From assembly GCA_965116885.1 (NCBI GenBank), contig OZ220741.1:2400001-2464000 (forward strand): DNA of 64,000 nucleotides, given 5' to 3'. How positions within the stretch are numbered: the first letter of the stretch is position 1; each line of letters starts with the position of its first letter. Below, piece after piece: positions 36,932 through 47,373 of this stretch. The notes below the pieces were generated by a model, which was given only the letters and a program-made list of their open reading frames with translations, was not told the origin of the DNA and searched no databases. The position numbers and the translations under genes are program-made. The DNA is from Candidatus Latescibacterota bacterium (GTDB lineage Bacteria > Latescibacterota > UBA2968).

Positions 36932-38002
36932 TTGCCTACTATTGTTCTTATTGGCGGTGGTACCGCAGGGCATGTTACGCCCAATATTGCGCTGTTGCCC
37001 GCTTTGCGCGATGCTGGATACGATGTGCGTTATATCGGTACGCGGGATGGTATTGAGCAAGAACTGATCGCACGGGAGGGCGTTTCCTATTACGCTGTTC
37101 CCGCAGGCAAACTCCGCCGCTATCTGGATTGGCAAAATTTTACCGATCTGGCCCGCATCAAGTTTGGGTTTCTCAAGTCGCTGTTGCTTCTCGTTCGTAT
37201 CAGACCCGATATCATTTTTAGTAAGGGGGGATTTGTTACGCCGCCTATTATCTGGGCTGCGTGGTTGCTGGGTATTCCCGTGGTGTGTCACGAGTCAGAT
37301 CTCACGCCGGGGTTGGCCAATAAGCTTTCTCTTCCATTTGCAAAGCGCATTTGCTATGCTTTTGCTGAGACAGCTAAATATTTGCCCGGTGGAAAAGCGA
37401 TTCATACGGGTATCCCGGTTCGGACAGAGCTGGGAGATGGAGATGCCCAAAAAGGACGCGATTTTTGCGCTTTTATATCTGGGAAACCCGTTATTCTCGT
37501 TATGGGAGGGAGCCTGGGGTCGCGTGCGATTAATGAGGCGGTTCGCGCTGCGCTCCCCGATTTGCTTGCTGAGTACCAGATTTGCCATTTGTGCGGGCAG
37601 GGCAATCTCGATTCGGCTCTTGAACAGACCGAAGGCTACGCGCAGTTTGAATATGTCGCGGATGACTTGCCGCATCTTTTTGCGGCGGCCGATTTTGTTG
37701 TTTCTCGCGCAGGTGCTACCGCGCTTTTTGAATTTCTTTCGCTCCAGAAACCCGCGCTTTTGATTCCCCTTTCCCTGCAAGCCAGTCGCGGAGATCAGAT
37801 CGAGAATGCCAGGGCATTCCGAAATGCCGGTTATAGTCTCGTGCTTTCAGAAGAGGGGCTTACGCCGGATGTGCTTTGCAAAGCGATTCGCGATTTGTGC
37901 GATCAAAGCGATGCGCTGCGTCGATCTATGTCCGAGTGGCGCCAGCGCGACGCTGTTGCGGAAATTCTCTCAATCCTCGCCGATTGTCTGAATAAGAATT
38001 GA
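36932..38002 (+). CDS. murG: Undecaprenyl-PP-MurNAc-pentapeptide GlcNAc transferase
   Basis: GGGTAGHVTP, KGGFV, HESD..PGLAN, GGSLGS, SRAGA, GDQIENA. TTG start after AGGAG. Confidence 0.92.
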   Translation: MPTIVLIGGGTAGHVTPNIALLPALRDAGYDVRYIGTRDGIEQELIAREGVSYYAVPAGKLRRYLDWQNFTDLARIKFGFLKSLLLLVRIRPDIIFSKGGFVTPPIIWAAWLLGIPVVCHESDLTPGLANKLSLPFAKRICYAFAETAKYLPGGKAIHTGIPVRTELGDGDAQKGRDFCAFISGKPVILVMGGSLGSRAINEAVRAALPDLLAEYQICHLCGQGNLDSALEQTEGYAQFEYVADDLPHLFAAADFVVSRAGATALFEFLSLQKPALLIPLSLQASRGDQIENARAFRNAGYSLVLSEEGLTPDVLCKAIRDLCDQSDALRRSMSEWRQRDAVAEILSILADCLNKN

Positions 38003-38007
38003 GTTCT

Positions 38008-39978
38008 ATGGCACAAGAAAGACATCCATCTGTTGAACCCACCCGGTTTGTAAGAGAAGCCGTTACGCTGAAGTCCATTTTGGTGGGTATTGTGGTCATT
38101 CTGCTATCCGATGTCTATATCACCTGGGGCATGGTGCATCTGGCGTCTCGTATGAATAAGTCCTATCTGCCGATGGGGCTGTTTTTTGTGTATGTGGTTC
38201 TGGTGTTGGTAAATATCGCGTTTGACCGGGCAAAGAGCAGGTGGGCACTTTCGCAGGCTGAGTTGCAAGTTGCGCTCGGTATGGGGTTGATTGGGGCGTT
38301 TTTCCCATTTTTTGGTCTGGCGAGTTTTTTGCCCACGGTGATTGCGGCGCCTTTTTATCTGGATACGCCAGAGAATGGATGGCGCGAGCTTTTGCACGAG
38401 CATATTCCCAGATGGATTGTTTTGCACAATGAAGATGGGGCAGCTACGCTGTTTTACGAGGGTCTCGCGCCGCATCAGCCGATTCCGTGGGGTGCGTGGG
38501 TGGTGCCGCTTTTCTGGTGGGGGTCGTTAATTTTTGCCATTGGCTGGTTGACGTTGTGTATTATGGTAATTTTGCGGAAGCAGTGGGTGGAGAATGAGCG
38601 GTTGGAATATCCGCTGATGAATGTGAGTATTAAGATGGCTGCCGGGTCAGATGATGCGGAGGGGATTGCGCACATGGTTCGGCAGCGTGGGTTTAAGGTT
38701 GGTTGTTTTCTGGGTGCTATAGCTGTTTTGTGGAATATTGTGACGTTTTTTTATCCTTTGATACCGCGTTTGCCCACGACGCCAAATGCCGCCAGTTGGT
38801 TGCGCTGGATGGAGGGCGCGCCGACGTTCTGGGTGCAGATCAGTATTTATATTATCGGCTTTGCGTATTTTGCGCGGGTGGAGGCGCTGTTCAGTTTTTG
38901 GGTGTTTTTTGTTTTGACGGGTATTGAGATGTCCGTGTTTGACCGTCTCGGTGTGGGGTCTTCTGTTGGGCAAGGGGGATTGGAGGCGGTTCGGTCTCAG
39001 AGTTTTGGCGCGTTTGTGATGATTGTGCTGGTGAGTTTGTGGATGTCGCGGGGGCATTTGAAGGCGGTGTTTCGTAAGGCATTTAAGGGTGATGCCGAGG
39101 TCGATGATTCTCGGGAGGTGTTGTCTTATCGGACAGCGGTGTTTGGTCTGGGGATTGGGCTTCTTTTTGTGGGGGGATGGTTGCATTTGGCGGGTATGGA
39201 ATTGAAGGTGCTGGTGCTTTATATGTTTTTTGCTGTGGTAGCCTATATCGGCTTGTCGCGGATTGTGGCTGAGATGGGGTTGCCCTATGCAAATATTTCG
39301 GATACGGCACTGAATTTCGCGCCTATTTATATTTTGGGGTCGCGTGCAATTTCAGCACCTTCTATGGTGAGTCAGGGGTTTATTTATGCGCTGTTCGCCA
39401 CGACGCGCGGGTTTCTCGGTCCGCCTCTGGCGCAGACGCTGAAGTTGACGAGTGGGTTGAAGTTTCGAAGGAATCGCTTGATCGGTGCGATTGCTATTGC
39501 ATTGGTGTTGGGGTTTTTCGTATCCATCGGCGATACGGTTTATACTGCTTATCGGCACGGCGGATATAATCTGGGGGGGCTGACGAGGGTGGCGGGCGTT
39601 CGGAATAATTATCAAAGGGCCGTGACGTGGATCCGCAATCCCAAACCACCGGATTGGGATCGGCTCACGTTTGCCGGGTCTGGGATGGCGATTGTGTTGT
39701 TGTTGACTTTTTTGCGCTATAACTTTATCTGGTGGCCTTTGCCCGCTGTTGGTCTGGCACTGCAGGGTATGTATATGGCGCGTCGTCTGGTGTTTCCGGT
39801 TTTTATGGTGTGGGTCTATAAGTCGCTTATTCTGAAGTTTGGGGGCGTTGGGATGTACCGCAGGGGGCAGCCGTTTTTTATTGGTTTGATGGTGGGTTAT
39901 GCTTTTGCGGTGTTTTTCTCGACTTTGATCGATCATCTCTTTTTTTATGGGCACGGTCATGTGGTGCATGATTTTTGA
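38008..39978 (+). CDS. DUF6785/DUF6784-like polytopic membrane protein (putative transporter)
   Basis: TPENGW, FYEGL, WVVPL.WW, RKQWVENERLEYPL, WWPL, GL.VG; many TM segments. Confidence 0.7.
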   Translation: MAQERHPSVEPTRFVREAVTLKSILVGIVVILLSDVYITWGMVHLASRMNKSYLPMGLFFVYVVLVLVNIAFDRAKSRWALSQAELQVALGMGLIGAFFPFFGLASFLPTVIAAPFYLDTPENGWRELLHEHIPRWIVLHNEDGAATLFYEGLAPHQPIPWGAWVVPLFWWGSLIFAIGWLTLCIMVILRKQWVENERLEYPLMNVSIKMAAGSDDAEGIAHMVRQRGFKVGCFLGAIAVLWNIVTFFYPLIPRLPTTPNAASWLRWMEGAPTFWVQISIYIIGFAYFARVEALFSFWVFFVLTGIEMSVFDRLGVGSSVGQGGLEAVRSQSFGAFVMIVLVSLWMSRGHLKAVFRKAFKGDAEVDDSREVLSYRTAVFGLGIGLLFVGGWLHLAGMELKVLVLYMFFAVVAYIGLSRIVAEMGLPYANISDTALNFAPIYILGSRAISAPSMVSQGFIYALFATTRGFLGPPLAQTLKLTSGLKFRRNRLIGAIAIALVLGFFVSIGDTVYTAYRHGGYNLGGLTRVAGVRNNYQRAVTWIRNPKPPDWDRLTFAGSGMAIVLLLTFLRYNFIWWPLPAVGLALQGMYMARRLVFPVFMVWVYKSLILKFGGVGMYRRGQPFFIGLMVGYAFAVFFSTLIDHLFFYGHGHVVHDF

Positions 39979-40000
39979 GAGAAAACAATAGGAGGAAATC

Positions 40001-40897
40001 ATGGGAAAGAAACGGATTAACAGATGTATCGAGCTTCTCGAACAGGGCGAGTATCTCTATTATACGGGTGCTGGCCCTCTTACGTATGAGAATGGGAAGA
40101 AGCAGGCGGGGACATGGGCGGATTTTTTGATGGTGGATTACGAGCACAGTCCGTTTGATGTGGTTGGTCTTCGCGCGTTTATGCAGGGGCTGGTGGATGG
40201 CGGTCCCACAAATTCGGGACATCGCACGCCGACTGTGTTTGCGACGTTGCCGTCCAATTGTCGCACTGTGCATGAGGTTCGCGCCAATGCGTGGCAGGTC
40301 AGGCATGTTTTGAGTGCGGGGGTACACGGTATTTTGCATACGCATGCGAGACAGGCCGATGCGGTGAGGGCGTTTGTCGAGGAGTGCAGGTATCCCTTCC
40401 AGACAGCTGGGCTGGATCGCGGGCTGGTGCAGGGGCAGCGCGGGGCGGGTGGTCAGGGATATGCTGCGGGTATCTGGGGGCTTAAAGGACCGGAGTACAC
40501 GCAGGTAGCGGATCCGTGGCCGCTGAATCCAGATGGTGAGTTGATGCTGGGGCTTAAAATTGAGGACAGGGAGTGCGTTGCAAATGCCGAGTATATATGC
40601 AAGGTGCCGGGGCTGGCATTTGCGGAGTGGGGACCGGGGGATATGGGCATGTCCTACGGTTTTGCCGATGCACACGATCCGCCGTATCCGCCGGTTATGG
40701 AGGAGGCGCGAAGTATTGTGAAGGGTGCGTGTGATGAGAATGGGATCCATTTTTTGTGTTCGTGGAAGGATTCTTCAAAGAGTGCGGAAGAGAATATTCG
40801 GTTTTTGATGGATTGGGGCGTCAGGATTCTCTCTGGTGGGGGAGAAGATCAGGCGCGTATCGGTCGCGCGATTTCAGGTAGGCAGATGCCTGTGTGA
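40001..40897 (+). CDS. HpcH/HpaI aldolase family protein
   Basis: VDYEH, LKIED, EWGPGDMGMS. Confidence 0.8.
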   Translation: MGKKRINRCIELLEQGEYLYYTGAGPLTYENGKKQAGTWADFLMVDYEHSPFDVVGLRAFMQGLVDGGPTNSGHRTPTVFATLPSNCRTVHEVRANAWQVRHVLSAGVHGILHTHARQADAVRAFVEECRYPFQTAGLDRGLVQGQRGAGGQGYAAGIWGLKGPEYTQVADPWPLNPDGELMLGLKIEDRECVANAEYICKVPGLAFAEWGPGDMGMSYGFADAHDPPYPPVMEEARSIVKGACDENGIHFLCSWKDSSKSAEENIRFLMDWGVRILSGGGEDQARIGRAISGRQMPV

Positions 40898-40911
40898 GGG
40901 AGGAGAGATCG

Positions 40912-42351
40912 ATGGGAAAGAAGCCCAATATTCTGTTCATTTTTAGCGATCAACACCGCCACGATGTGCTCGGCTGTGCCGGGCATCCGTTGGTTCAGAC
41001 GCCGAATCTGGATCGATTGGCGGATTGGGGCATGCGTTTTGAGCGGACGTGGACGCAGTGTCCGGTTTGTATGCCGTGCAGGGCTACGATGATTACGGGG
41101 CGATATACGCATGAGTTGGGGTTTACGTCTAATGTTACGGCTGATCGCGGGGATACGGTTGATGATAGTCCTTTTAAGTCCGCATGGCCGACGATTATGA
41201 AGCAGTTGCAGGGCGGGGGGTATGAGACTGCGTCGATTGGCAAGACGCATTATCACGGGCGGCCCGGTTCTCAGGAGGCGGGAGAACGCGGGGAGCGTTT
41301 CGATACGCGGCAGTTTGGGGATTATGTGAAAGGTTTTGGGTGGGATTATGTGATGGAGGAATACGACCGGTATGGACATGTTCAGAGCCATGTGAAAAGT
41401 CCGTATATGGATTTTCTCGAAGCGCGAGGGCTTCTGGAGGCACATCAGGAACAGATCAGAGGGATTTACAGGCTTACGCCCACGCACTGGCGAGGCGAGA
41501 CGAGTGTGTTGCCGCAAGAGTGCGAGTTGTCCAGTTTTATTGCCGATCACGCGATGGATTGGTTGCAGTCGCGCGATTCCGAGAAGCCGTTTTATCTTCA
41601 TCTGGGTTTTGTGCAGCCGCATGTTCCGCTGATGGATGACCCGATTTGGGCGGCTTATTATGCAGATGCGGATATCGAATTGCCGGATATGACGATGCCG
41701 AGCGCCACGAATGAGGTTTGGGCAGGAAAGGTCGAACGGCTCAAGGGGCATTCTCAGGTTCAGACGATGACGGATGATTTTGTGCGCGAGGGCATCAGGC
41801 ATTATCTGGGTGCTGTTTCTCTGGTTGATCAGAAGATTGGCGAGGTGATTGATACGCTGGATGCGTTGGGGGAACTGGATAATACGTGGATTATTTACAG
41901 CGCGGACCACGGCGAGATGCTCGGCGAACACCATTTGTGGGCAAAGCACTGTTTTTACGAGGGTTCGGTTCAGGTTCCGCTGATTGTCAGTCCGCCGGAT
42001 CGCAAGAGCAGAGGGGTTTGTGGCGATCTCACGCAGTTGATCGATGTGGTTTCGACAATTGCAGATATTGGGCAGGTGGAACCGCCCGAATGTGCCCGCG
42101 GGCAGTCTTTGTTGCCGTTGTTGGAACGCGGTTCTGGTGGATATGAGTATGTGTTTTCGACGATTGAGGATTGGACCGGGGTGCGGAATGAAGGCTATCG
42201 CTTTACGCTGCATGTTCCAACGGAGACGCCCTGTGAGTTGTACGATCTGGCGAGAGATCCGGGCGAGTTGAATAATTGTGTGGAAGATCCCGCCTATGGG
42301 GAAGTCGTGGCTGAACTGAGAGAGGTCGTTTTGGACCATCGCGCGGGTTGA
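40912..42351 (+). CDS. Formylglycine-dependent sulfatase (Cys-type)
   Basis: KPNILFIFSDQHR, CMPCR (CxPxR), GKTH, ADHGEMLG, ELYDL..DP.E. Confidence 0.95.
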   Translation: MGKKPNILFIFSDQHRHDVLGCAGHPLVQTPNLDRLADWGMRFERTWTQCPVCMPCRATMITGRYTHELGFTSNVTADRGDTVDDSPFKSAWPTIMKQLQGGGYETASIGKTHYHGRPGSQEAGERGERFDTRQFGDYVKGFGWDYVMEEYDRYGHVQSHVKSPYMDFLEARGLLEAHQEQIRGIYRLTPTHWRGETSVLPQECELSSFIADHAMDWLQSRDSEKPFYLHLGFVQPHVPLMDDPIWAAYYADADIELPDMTMPSATNEVWAGKVERLKGHSQVQTMTDDFVREGIRHYLGAVSLVDQKIGEVIDTLDALGELDNTWIIYSADHGEMLGEHHLWAKHCFYEGSVQVPLIVSPPDRKSRGVCGDLTQLIDVVSTIADIGQVEPPECARGQSLLPLLERGSGGYEYVFSTIEDWTGVRNEGYRFTLHVPTETPCELYDLARDPGELNNCVEDPAYGEVVAELREVVLDHRAG

Positions 42352-42362
42352 GGTCTGTATAG

Positions 42363-43619
42363 ATGAGTGATCAGGCAGAAATATTGATTGTTGGCGGTGG
42401 GGCGATCGGTGTTTGCTCGGCTTATTATTTGAATGCTGCGGGTAGAGATGTGGCGCTGGTTGATAAAGGCGATATTTGTTCGGGGTGTTCGTATGGGAAT
42501 GGGGGGCTTGTTGTGCCGAGTCACAGCATACCTCTGTCCGCTCCGGGGGTGGTGTCTCAAAGTCTGAAGTGGATGTTGAATCCCGAAAGTCCGTTTTATA
42601 TTAAGCCGCGTTTGGACCGGGATTTGATTTCCTGGTTGTGGCATTTTCGCCGTGCATGTAATGAGACGCATGTTGCGAGGGCAACGCCTGTTATTCGGGC
42701 GATGAATATGGCGAGTGTGGCGTTGTTTGAAGAGATGGCATCGCTCGACGGCATGGATTTTGGGTTTGAGAAGAAGGGGACGATTACGGCGTATAGAACC
42801 GAGAGGGGGTTGGCAAAGGCGGTTAAGGACGCGCGTTTTTTGTCGGAGGTGGGGGTTGAGACGCGGGTTCTCGATGCCGATGAGATTGTGGGATTAAATC
42901 CCGGTATCCGGATACGGGCGATTGGGGGGATATTTTTCCCCGAGGATGCCCATCTCGTGCCGCATCGCTTTGTGCGCGGGTTGGCGGAGTACGTCGGTGG
43001 AAAGGGCGTTCGGATCCACAGGGAGACAGAGGTTCTGGGGTTTGAGATTTCGCGCGGTCGCGTGCTTGCTGTGAAGACGAATCGGGGTGATTTTCGGGCT
43101 GAGCATATCATTTTGGCGAGTGGGTCGTGGTCGCCTGCGATTGCCGATGATCTTCATATCAATCTGCCGATTCAACCTGCCAAGGGGTATAGTATTACTT
43201 TTAAGCGGCCTGATGTTTGTCCGACAACGCCATTTTCTCTGGGGGAGGCAAAGGTCGGTATTACGCCTATGGGGGATATGTTGCGGTTTGCGGGTACGCT
43301 CGAATTGGCAGGTCTCGATTTTTCGATTAACGAGCGGCGCGTGCAGGCTATTCTCAAGGCTGTGCCCGAGTATTTTCCCGATTTGAGTCCCGATTATCTC
43401 GATATGACAGAAATCTGGTGCGGTTTGCGGCCCTGCACGCCCGATGGGGTGCCATTTCTGGGTCGCGCTCCCGGGGTTGAGAATGTGATCGTCGCTGCCG
43501 GTCATGCGATGATTGGCATTTCTCTGGGTCCTATTACTGGGAAGCTGGTGGCAGAGTTGATTTCAGATGAAGTGCCTTCTATTGATCTGTCTGCACTGAA
43601 AGTGGATCGGTTTGGGTAG
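42363..43619 (+). CDS. FAD-dependent D-amino-acid dehydrogenase (DadA-like)
   Basis: GGGAIG, SYGNGG, PAKGYS, GLRPCTPDG, GHAMIG. Confidence 0.88.
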   Translation: MSDQAEILIVGGGAIGVCSAYYLNAAGRDVALVDKGDICSGCSYGNGGLVVPSHSIPLSAPGVVSQSLKWMLNPESPFYIKPRLDRDLISWLWHFRRACNETHVARATPVIRAMNMASVALFEEMASLDGMDFGFEKKGTITAYRTERGLAKAVKDARFLSEVGVETRVLDADEIVGLNPGIRIRAIGGIFFPEDAHLVPHRFVRGLAEYVGGKGVRIHRETEVLGFEISRGRVLAVKTNRGDFRAEHIILASGSWSPAIADDLHINLPIQPAKGYSITFKRPDVCPTTPFSLGEAKVGITPMGDMLRFAGTLELAGLDFSINERRVQAILKAVPEYFPDLSPDYLDMTEIWCGLRPCTPDGVPFLGRAPGVENVIVAAGHAMIGISLGPITGKLVAELISDEVPSIDLSALKVDRFG

Positions 43620-43654
43620 TCGGGAAAAGTCGGGAAAAGGATTTCCCTCCTACT

Positions 43655-43679
43655 GTTGGAGCGGCATCCTTGCCGCGAT
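43655..43679 (+). repeat. Degenerate REP-like palindrome, preceded by a tandem GTCGGGAAAA x2 (43619-43638)
   Basis: GTTGGA-GCGGCA-TCCT-TGCCGC-GAT; intergenic. Confidence 0.45.
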
Positions 43680-43728
43680 CACTTGGCTCTTGCCCTGAAA
43701 CCATAAGACCTAAATGGAGAGGTGAAAT

Positions 43729-45498
43729 ATGGTGAAGATGTTGCTGCGAGATGTTGCGATGTCCGATCTGGCGGAGATTTACGAGCGAAATGCAGATCGG
43801 TCCCCCGCGCCGTATCTCAAAGATGCAGAGGCGGTGGAGCGGGCGAGGGGGTTGGCGAAGAAGAATGGGGTGTGGGATGATTTGAGCGAGAATCTGGATG
43901 GGAGCCGTGAGATTCCCGTGTTGAAGCGGTCGGCTTTTCGCAATTATCAGCGGGTTGGAGATCGCAATTTGCCACAGGCTGTGGCGGGCAATCGCAGGCG
44001 CGAGTTGGAGCGATCAGCGATTGCTCTGTGGCTGGGACATCCCAATGCCGATGTGGATTATTTGCAGGATTTGCTCTGGGCGTATTGCGACGATCATACC
44101 TGGGTGATGGCTGCGCACGAAGGTCGTGCTATTGATCTGGGGTCGGCTGCGTTGGGTGCTGCGTTTGCAGAAATTTTACACGTTTTGGGTGATCAACTGG
44201 AAGAAGAAGTGGTCGCGCGCGTTTCGCGGAAGATTGAGGAGCATATTTTTGAGCCGTTCTGGAATTATAGACATCTGGATTTTTGGAAGACCGTGCGGAT
44301 GAATTGGAATCACGTTTGCAATGGTGAGATTATCCGCGCCGCGCTGTATCAGATTGAGGATCCCGCGGTGCTGGCTCATATGACCCACGCGGCGATTGTG
44401 AATTTGACGTATGCGCTGGATGGCTTTACGGATGATGGCGGGTGCGAAGAGGGGCCGGGATATTGGGAATACGGTTTTGGGCATTTTTTGTACGTGGCCT
44501 ATGCGCTGTATTTGAAGACCAATGGGGAATTGAATTTGATGGTGGATGAGACTGGCAAGATTCATCGGATATGCCAGTACCCGCTCGCGGCGCATATTCA
44601 GGGCGCGTTGCGTTCGACGTTTGCGGATTCGAGTCACGGATATACGGGTGCGCGGTCTGCGATGATTGTCAATGCGTTTTTTGATATGCCCGAATTGTAC
44701 GCCCTGTGCGATAAGCATTTGGATAATACGTTGAAGGTGCGGGATATGCACAGTTTGGCGATGTATTCCGGGTTTGAGGTGGAGGCAGAGGCGGATGATA
44801 AAGATTATGTTTTGTCCGATTTGGGACAGGCGAAGTTGCGGGGGACGCCCGGGAAAGAGCAGTTGACGCTGATGTGTCTGGCGGGTAATAATGGGGTGCC
44901 GCACAATCACAACGATATCGGCAGTTTTATTGTGCATCGCGGGGACGCGCTCTGGTTGACGGATCCCGCGGGTCCTGCTTACAGTCGAAAAACTTTTGGT
45001 CCCGATCGCTATGATATTCTGTTTTGCAATGCGCTGGGTCATTCTGTGCCCGTGATCAATGGGCAGTTGCAGCAGCCCGGCGGCGAGTATTTCGGTACGC
45101 TGGAGGTGGAGAATTTAAATGGCGAGGGAGAAAAACGCGCGATGATAGATATGACGCATGCGTATCCCGAAGGTACGGTGAAGAGTCTGACGCGCACTTT
45201 TGTGCTGGATGGGAATGCTCTGACGATGGAAGATCGCTATGTGTTTGACAGTGTGCCGCAGACGCTTGAAGAGGGGTTTATTACGTTTGAGGATGTGCAA
45301 GTTGACGGAGGGGCGGTTCAGATCGGCTCCAAAGGCGAGGGTATTACACTTTCTGCGGTTGATACACCGGGCGCGTTTTCGGTCAAGCGGTTTGAAGAGG
45401 AATCAAAAGAGGGACGCACTGATGAGGTGGTTACGCGCGTGATTTTTACGCCCGCAGAGCTATCGCAAGACTTCTGTTTGCGGTTTGCAATGGGGTGA
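43729..45498 (+). CDS. Heparinase II/III-like protein
   Basis: NWNHVC, DGGCEEGPGYWEYG, HNHNDIGSF, GHSVPVING. Confidence 0.85.
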   Translation: MVKMLLRDVAMSDLAEIYERNADRSPAPYLKDAEAVERARGLAKKNGVWDDLSENLDGSREIPVLKRSAFRNYQRVGDRNLPQAVAGNRRRELERSAIALWLGHPNADVDYLQDLLWAYCDDHTWVMAAHEGRAIDLGSAALGAAFAEILHVLGDQLEEEVVARVSRKIEEHIFEPFWNYRHLDFWKTVRMNWNHVCNGEIIRAALYQIEDPAVLAHMTHAAIVNLTYALDGFTDDGGCEEGPGYWEYGFGHFLYVAYALYLKTNGELNLMVDETGKIHRICQYPLAAHIQGALRSTFADSSHGYTGARSAMIVNAFFDMPELYALCDKHLDNTLKVRDMHSLAMYSGFEVEAEADDKDYVLSDLGQAKLRGTPGKEQLTLMCLAGNNGVPHNHNDIGSFIVHRGDALWLTDPAGPAYSRKTFGPDRYDILFCNALGHSVPVINGQLQQPGGEYFGTLEVENLNGEGEKRAMIDMTHAYPEGTVKSLTRTFVLDGNALTMEDRYVFDSVPQTLEEGFITFEDVQVDGGAVQIGSKGEGITLSAVDTPGAFSVKRFEEESKEGRTDEVVTRVIFTPAELSQDFCLRFAMG

Positions 45499-45517
45499 GT
45501 TTCTGGGAGGATTCGTT

Positions 45518-46333
45518 ATGTATAGAGCTTCTTATGACGGTAGCAATAAGAAGGTGATGTGGCAGGAGATGTGGCGGCACGAGTTTGAGGATGCTTTGGA
45601 GCGCGATCCCGTGGTGATTGTGCCGGTGGGGTCTGTGGAACAGCACGGGCCGCATTGCCCGATGGATGTGGATATTTCAGCGCCGTTCTATATGGCCGTT
45701 GCTGTTGCCCAGAGTGTGGATGATTTCCCTGTGATTGTCGCGCCGCCGGTGTGGTCGGGGTTTACGCATTATAATATGGGATTTCCCGGTACGATTAATT
45801 TGCGTTTGGAGACGTTTCAGAATTTGCTGGCGGATATTTTTCGCAGTATTTATGCGAATGGGTTCAAGCGGATTATTTCTGTGAATGGACACGGGGGCAA
45901 TGCCGCACCCTGTCGCGCTGTTTCCTGGCAGGTGGCAGAGGAGAATATTTTTACGCTGTCATTTAGCTGGTGGGATATGGTGGATAAGGAGTTGCGGGAA
46001 TGGAGCGCGACAAATGAAGGCGTGGGGCACGCCGGAGAGTGGGAGACGGCTGTGCAGCTTCATTTGAGAGAACATCTGGTTGATAAGAGCCGTATTGATA
46101 GCGATGTGACTGGGACGAGACCCTTTAGTGATGAATTATTATTTGCGGAATTTGCCGAGCGGCGACGCGATACAAAAAAAGATACGGGCATTATGGGCGA
46201 TGCGTTTGCTGCGATCGCGGAAAAGGGCGCGCGTATTTTTGAACTGGCCTGTGAACGCCTGGAAAAGCTGGTGCGCGAATATCACGAGTTGCCGGTGCGA
46301 GAATATCGGGAGTTCGGGTCTCACTGTATTTGA
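45518..46333 (+). CDS. Creatininase/amidohydrolase family protein
   Basis: PVGSVEQHGPH...D, NGHGGN, GHAGEWET. Confidence 0.9.
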   Translation: MYRASYDGSNKKVMWQEMWRHEFEDALERDPVVIVPVGSVEQHGPHCPMDVDISAPFYMAVAVAQSVDDFPVIVAPPVWSGFTHYNMGFPGTINLRLETFQNLLADIFRSIYANGFKRIISVNGHGGNAAPCRAVSWQVAEENIFTLSFSWWDMVDKELREWSATNEGVGHAGEWETAVQLHLREHLVDKSRIDSDVTGTRPFSDELLFAEFAERRRDTKKDTGIMGDAFAAIAEKGARIFELACERLEKLVREYHELPVREYREFGSHCI

Positions 46334-46346
46334 AAGAGGGGGTACG

Positions 46347-47297
46347 ATGATGTCAGAGCTAAGAGTGGGGATTATCGGTGCGGGAGGTCATGCACAGAGC
46401 CACTTCAGGATGATCCAGGACGAGCCGGAAATGGCGTTGGTTGCGGTTGCAGACCTGGATCCAGAAAGACTGGCGCACACGCGAGAAACGCACGGCGTGA
46501 CGTCCCTTTTTACGGATTATCGGGAGATGATCGAGAAGGTGCAACTGGATGTGGTCTATGTTGTGACCTTTCCGGGGCCACTGCCCGACATTGTGATCGA
46601 CTGTCTGGAGGCCGGACTGCATACCTCGGTAGAGAAGCCGCCGGGCATCAGTTCGGATCAGACCCGACGGATGATGGAGGCAGAACAGCGATCCAGCGCC
46701 AGGGCGATTGTCTCGGTGAACAGGCGATACATTCCAGAAGTGCTGGCGATTCGGGCCATGCTGCAAGATCGAGGCGGACCCGTTCACGTGGCGGCGACGT
46801 ACAACAAGCCGCATATTGGGGACAAGGTCCGGGATGTTGGACATCTTATCCGATTGGACGCGATCCACCATGTGGATCTGTTGCGGTGGCTGGCAGGTGA
46901 CGCCGTCGAGGTTTATTCAGAGGCGTGGTCTGCGCCTTCCCACCCTGCCGAGATGCGCCACAATGCCGTGATTAAGTTCGAAAGCGGCTGCCGGGGCGTG
47001 ATGATGAGTCACTACGCTGTTGGATACCGCATTCAGCGGTTTGAAGCGCATGCGGAAGACTTCAGCGCGTATGTGGATCTCACGAGTGGCCCCAGGTGTG
47101 AGATCTATGCTGACGGAGAGCCGTTCGAGGGCGAGTTGGATCTGGAAGCGGTCGGTGGTCCCGATTTCAACGAGACCCGGCATTTTGTGGCGTGCATACA
47201 AAACGATACGCAGCCGTGGAGTACGCTTGAGGATGCGATCAAGACGATGAGGTTGTGCGAAGCGATTGAGGCAGGACATAAAGGTCAATTGGAATGA
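46347..47297 (+). CDS. Gfo/Idh/MocA family oxidoreductase
   Basis: VGIIGAGG, VEKP, NRRY, DAIHHVD. Confidence 0.9.
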   Translation: MMSELRVGIIGAGGHAQSHFRMIQDEPEMALVAVADLDPERLAHTRETHGVTSLFTDYREMIEKVQLDVVYVVTFPGPLPDIVIDCLEAGLHTSVEKPPGISSDQTRRMMEAEQRSSARAIVSVNRRYIPEVLAIRAMLQDRGGPVHVAATYNKPHIGDKVRDVGHLIRLDAIHHVDLLRWLAGDAVEVYSEAWSAPSHPAEMRHNAVIKFESGCRGVMMSHYAVGYRIQRFEAHAEDFSAYVDLTSGPRCEIYADGEPFEGELDLEAVGGPDFNETRHFVACIQNDTQPWSTLEDAIKTMRLCEAIEAGHKGQLE

Positions 47298-47373
47298 TTT
47301 TTTGGGGTTGAGAAACACCACTGGCGTCCAGGGGATCCGCGGTAAAGATTCCCATTACATAAGGAGATTTTCT

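Noticed and set aside
40849..42339. 496-aa antisense ORF opposite the sulfatase (similar ones at 33158-34090, 39878-40750, 44176-45042, 32266-33051)
   Set aside because: Shadow frames of well-supported genes caused by codon bias; no recognisable motifs.
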